A stretch of 64,000 nt of DNA from the human T2T-CHM13v2.0 reference genome, Homo sapiens, in the NCBI RefSeq assembly GCF_009914755.1, contig NC_060932.1, one strand, 5' to 3'. The translations under genes were made by a program, and so were the position numbers. Below the pieces are notes generated by a model. The model ran no database searches, was not told the origin of the DNA, and saw nothing but the letters and a program-made list of their open reading frames with translations. This document shows, piece by piece, positions 63,610-64,000 of this stretch. How positions within the stretch are numbered: position 1 is the first letter of the stretch; each line of letters starts with the position of its first letter.

Positions 63610-64000
63610 TCATTGAAAAACTTCTACTTAATAGTTTTTAAAACTTACTTAAATGTTTTATTTTGGTGCCTTATCTACCTAGCCCAAAGAGGGCATTAAT
63701 GATGACTTATACTGAATGATGAGAACAGTTTGCAGGGTAGCAGGTGCACATACAGAAGCAGATTCAATTACTGGCTGCCAGGAGAGGACTTTCAAAGAGA
63801 CAGTGTTGATATTTTGCCCCTAGAATGCTCTGTGCATAGTTATTGGGAACGCATATATTTTGAAATAAAACAATTGTGAAAAATACAATGCTTAGCTTTG
63901 AAAGAGTACATTATCACTTAAAAGCTGTTTCCAAATGGTGACGAAGATGACCAACATGCATGATTTAATATGAATAGTATGATTCACAAACTGAGTGAGG

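Overview
This is primate (most likely human) genomic DNA lying entirely inside one large minus-strand gene, CSMD1 (CUB and Sushi multiple domains 1). Eight coding exons (70, 117, 210, 189, 178, 146, 81 and 114 nt) have canonical GT-AG sites and splice into an open 1,105-nt frame encoding [half Sushi]-CUB-Sushi-CUB-Sushi. From memory these are about exons 39-46; the numbering is not verified. The remaining ~98% is intron: about 29 Alu copies, six LTR-class elements (LTR8, MER41A, THE1A, MER34-like and two other ERV1 LTRs, all antisense to CSMD1), DNA transposon relics (Tigger3, MER2, MADE1, Charlie-like), L1/L2/MIR fragments, a 4 x 67-bp minisatellite and several microsatellites. Almost all ORFs in the supplied track are Alu, low-complexity or antisense artefacts. 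I found no evidence of a novel biological system. The best leads are RNA-processing hypotheses: intronic polyadenylation giving secreted CSMD1 ectodomains, an inverted-Alu-flanked exon that could form a stop-free circRNA, RBFOX motifs at splice sites, and an antisense LTR8 next to an exon. Repeat subfamily names come from recalled consensus sequences and repeat boundaries are approximate.
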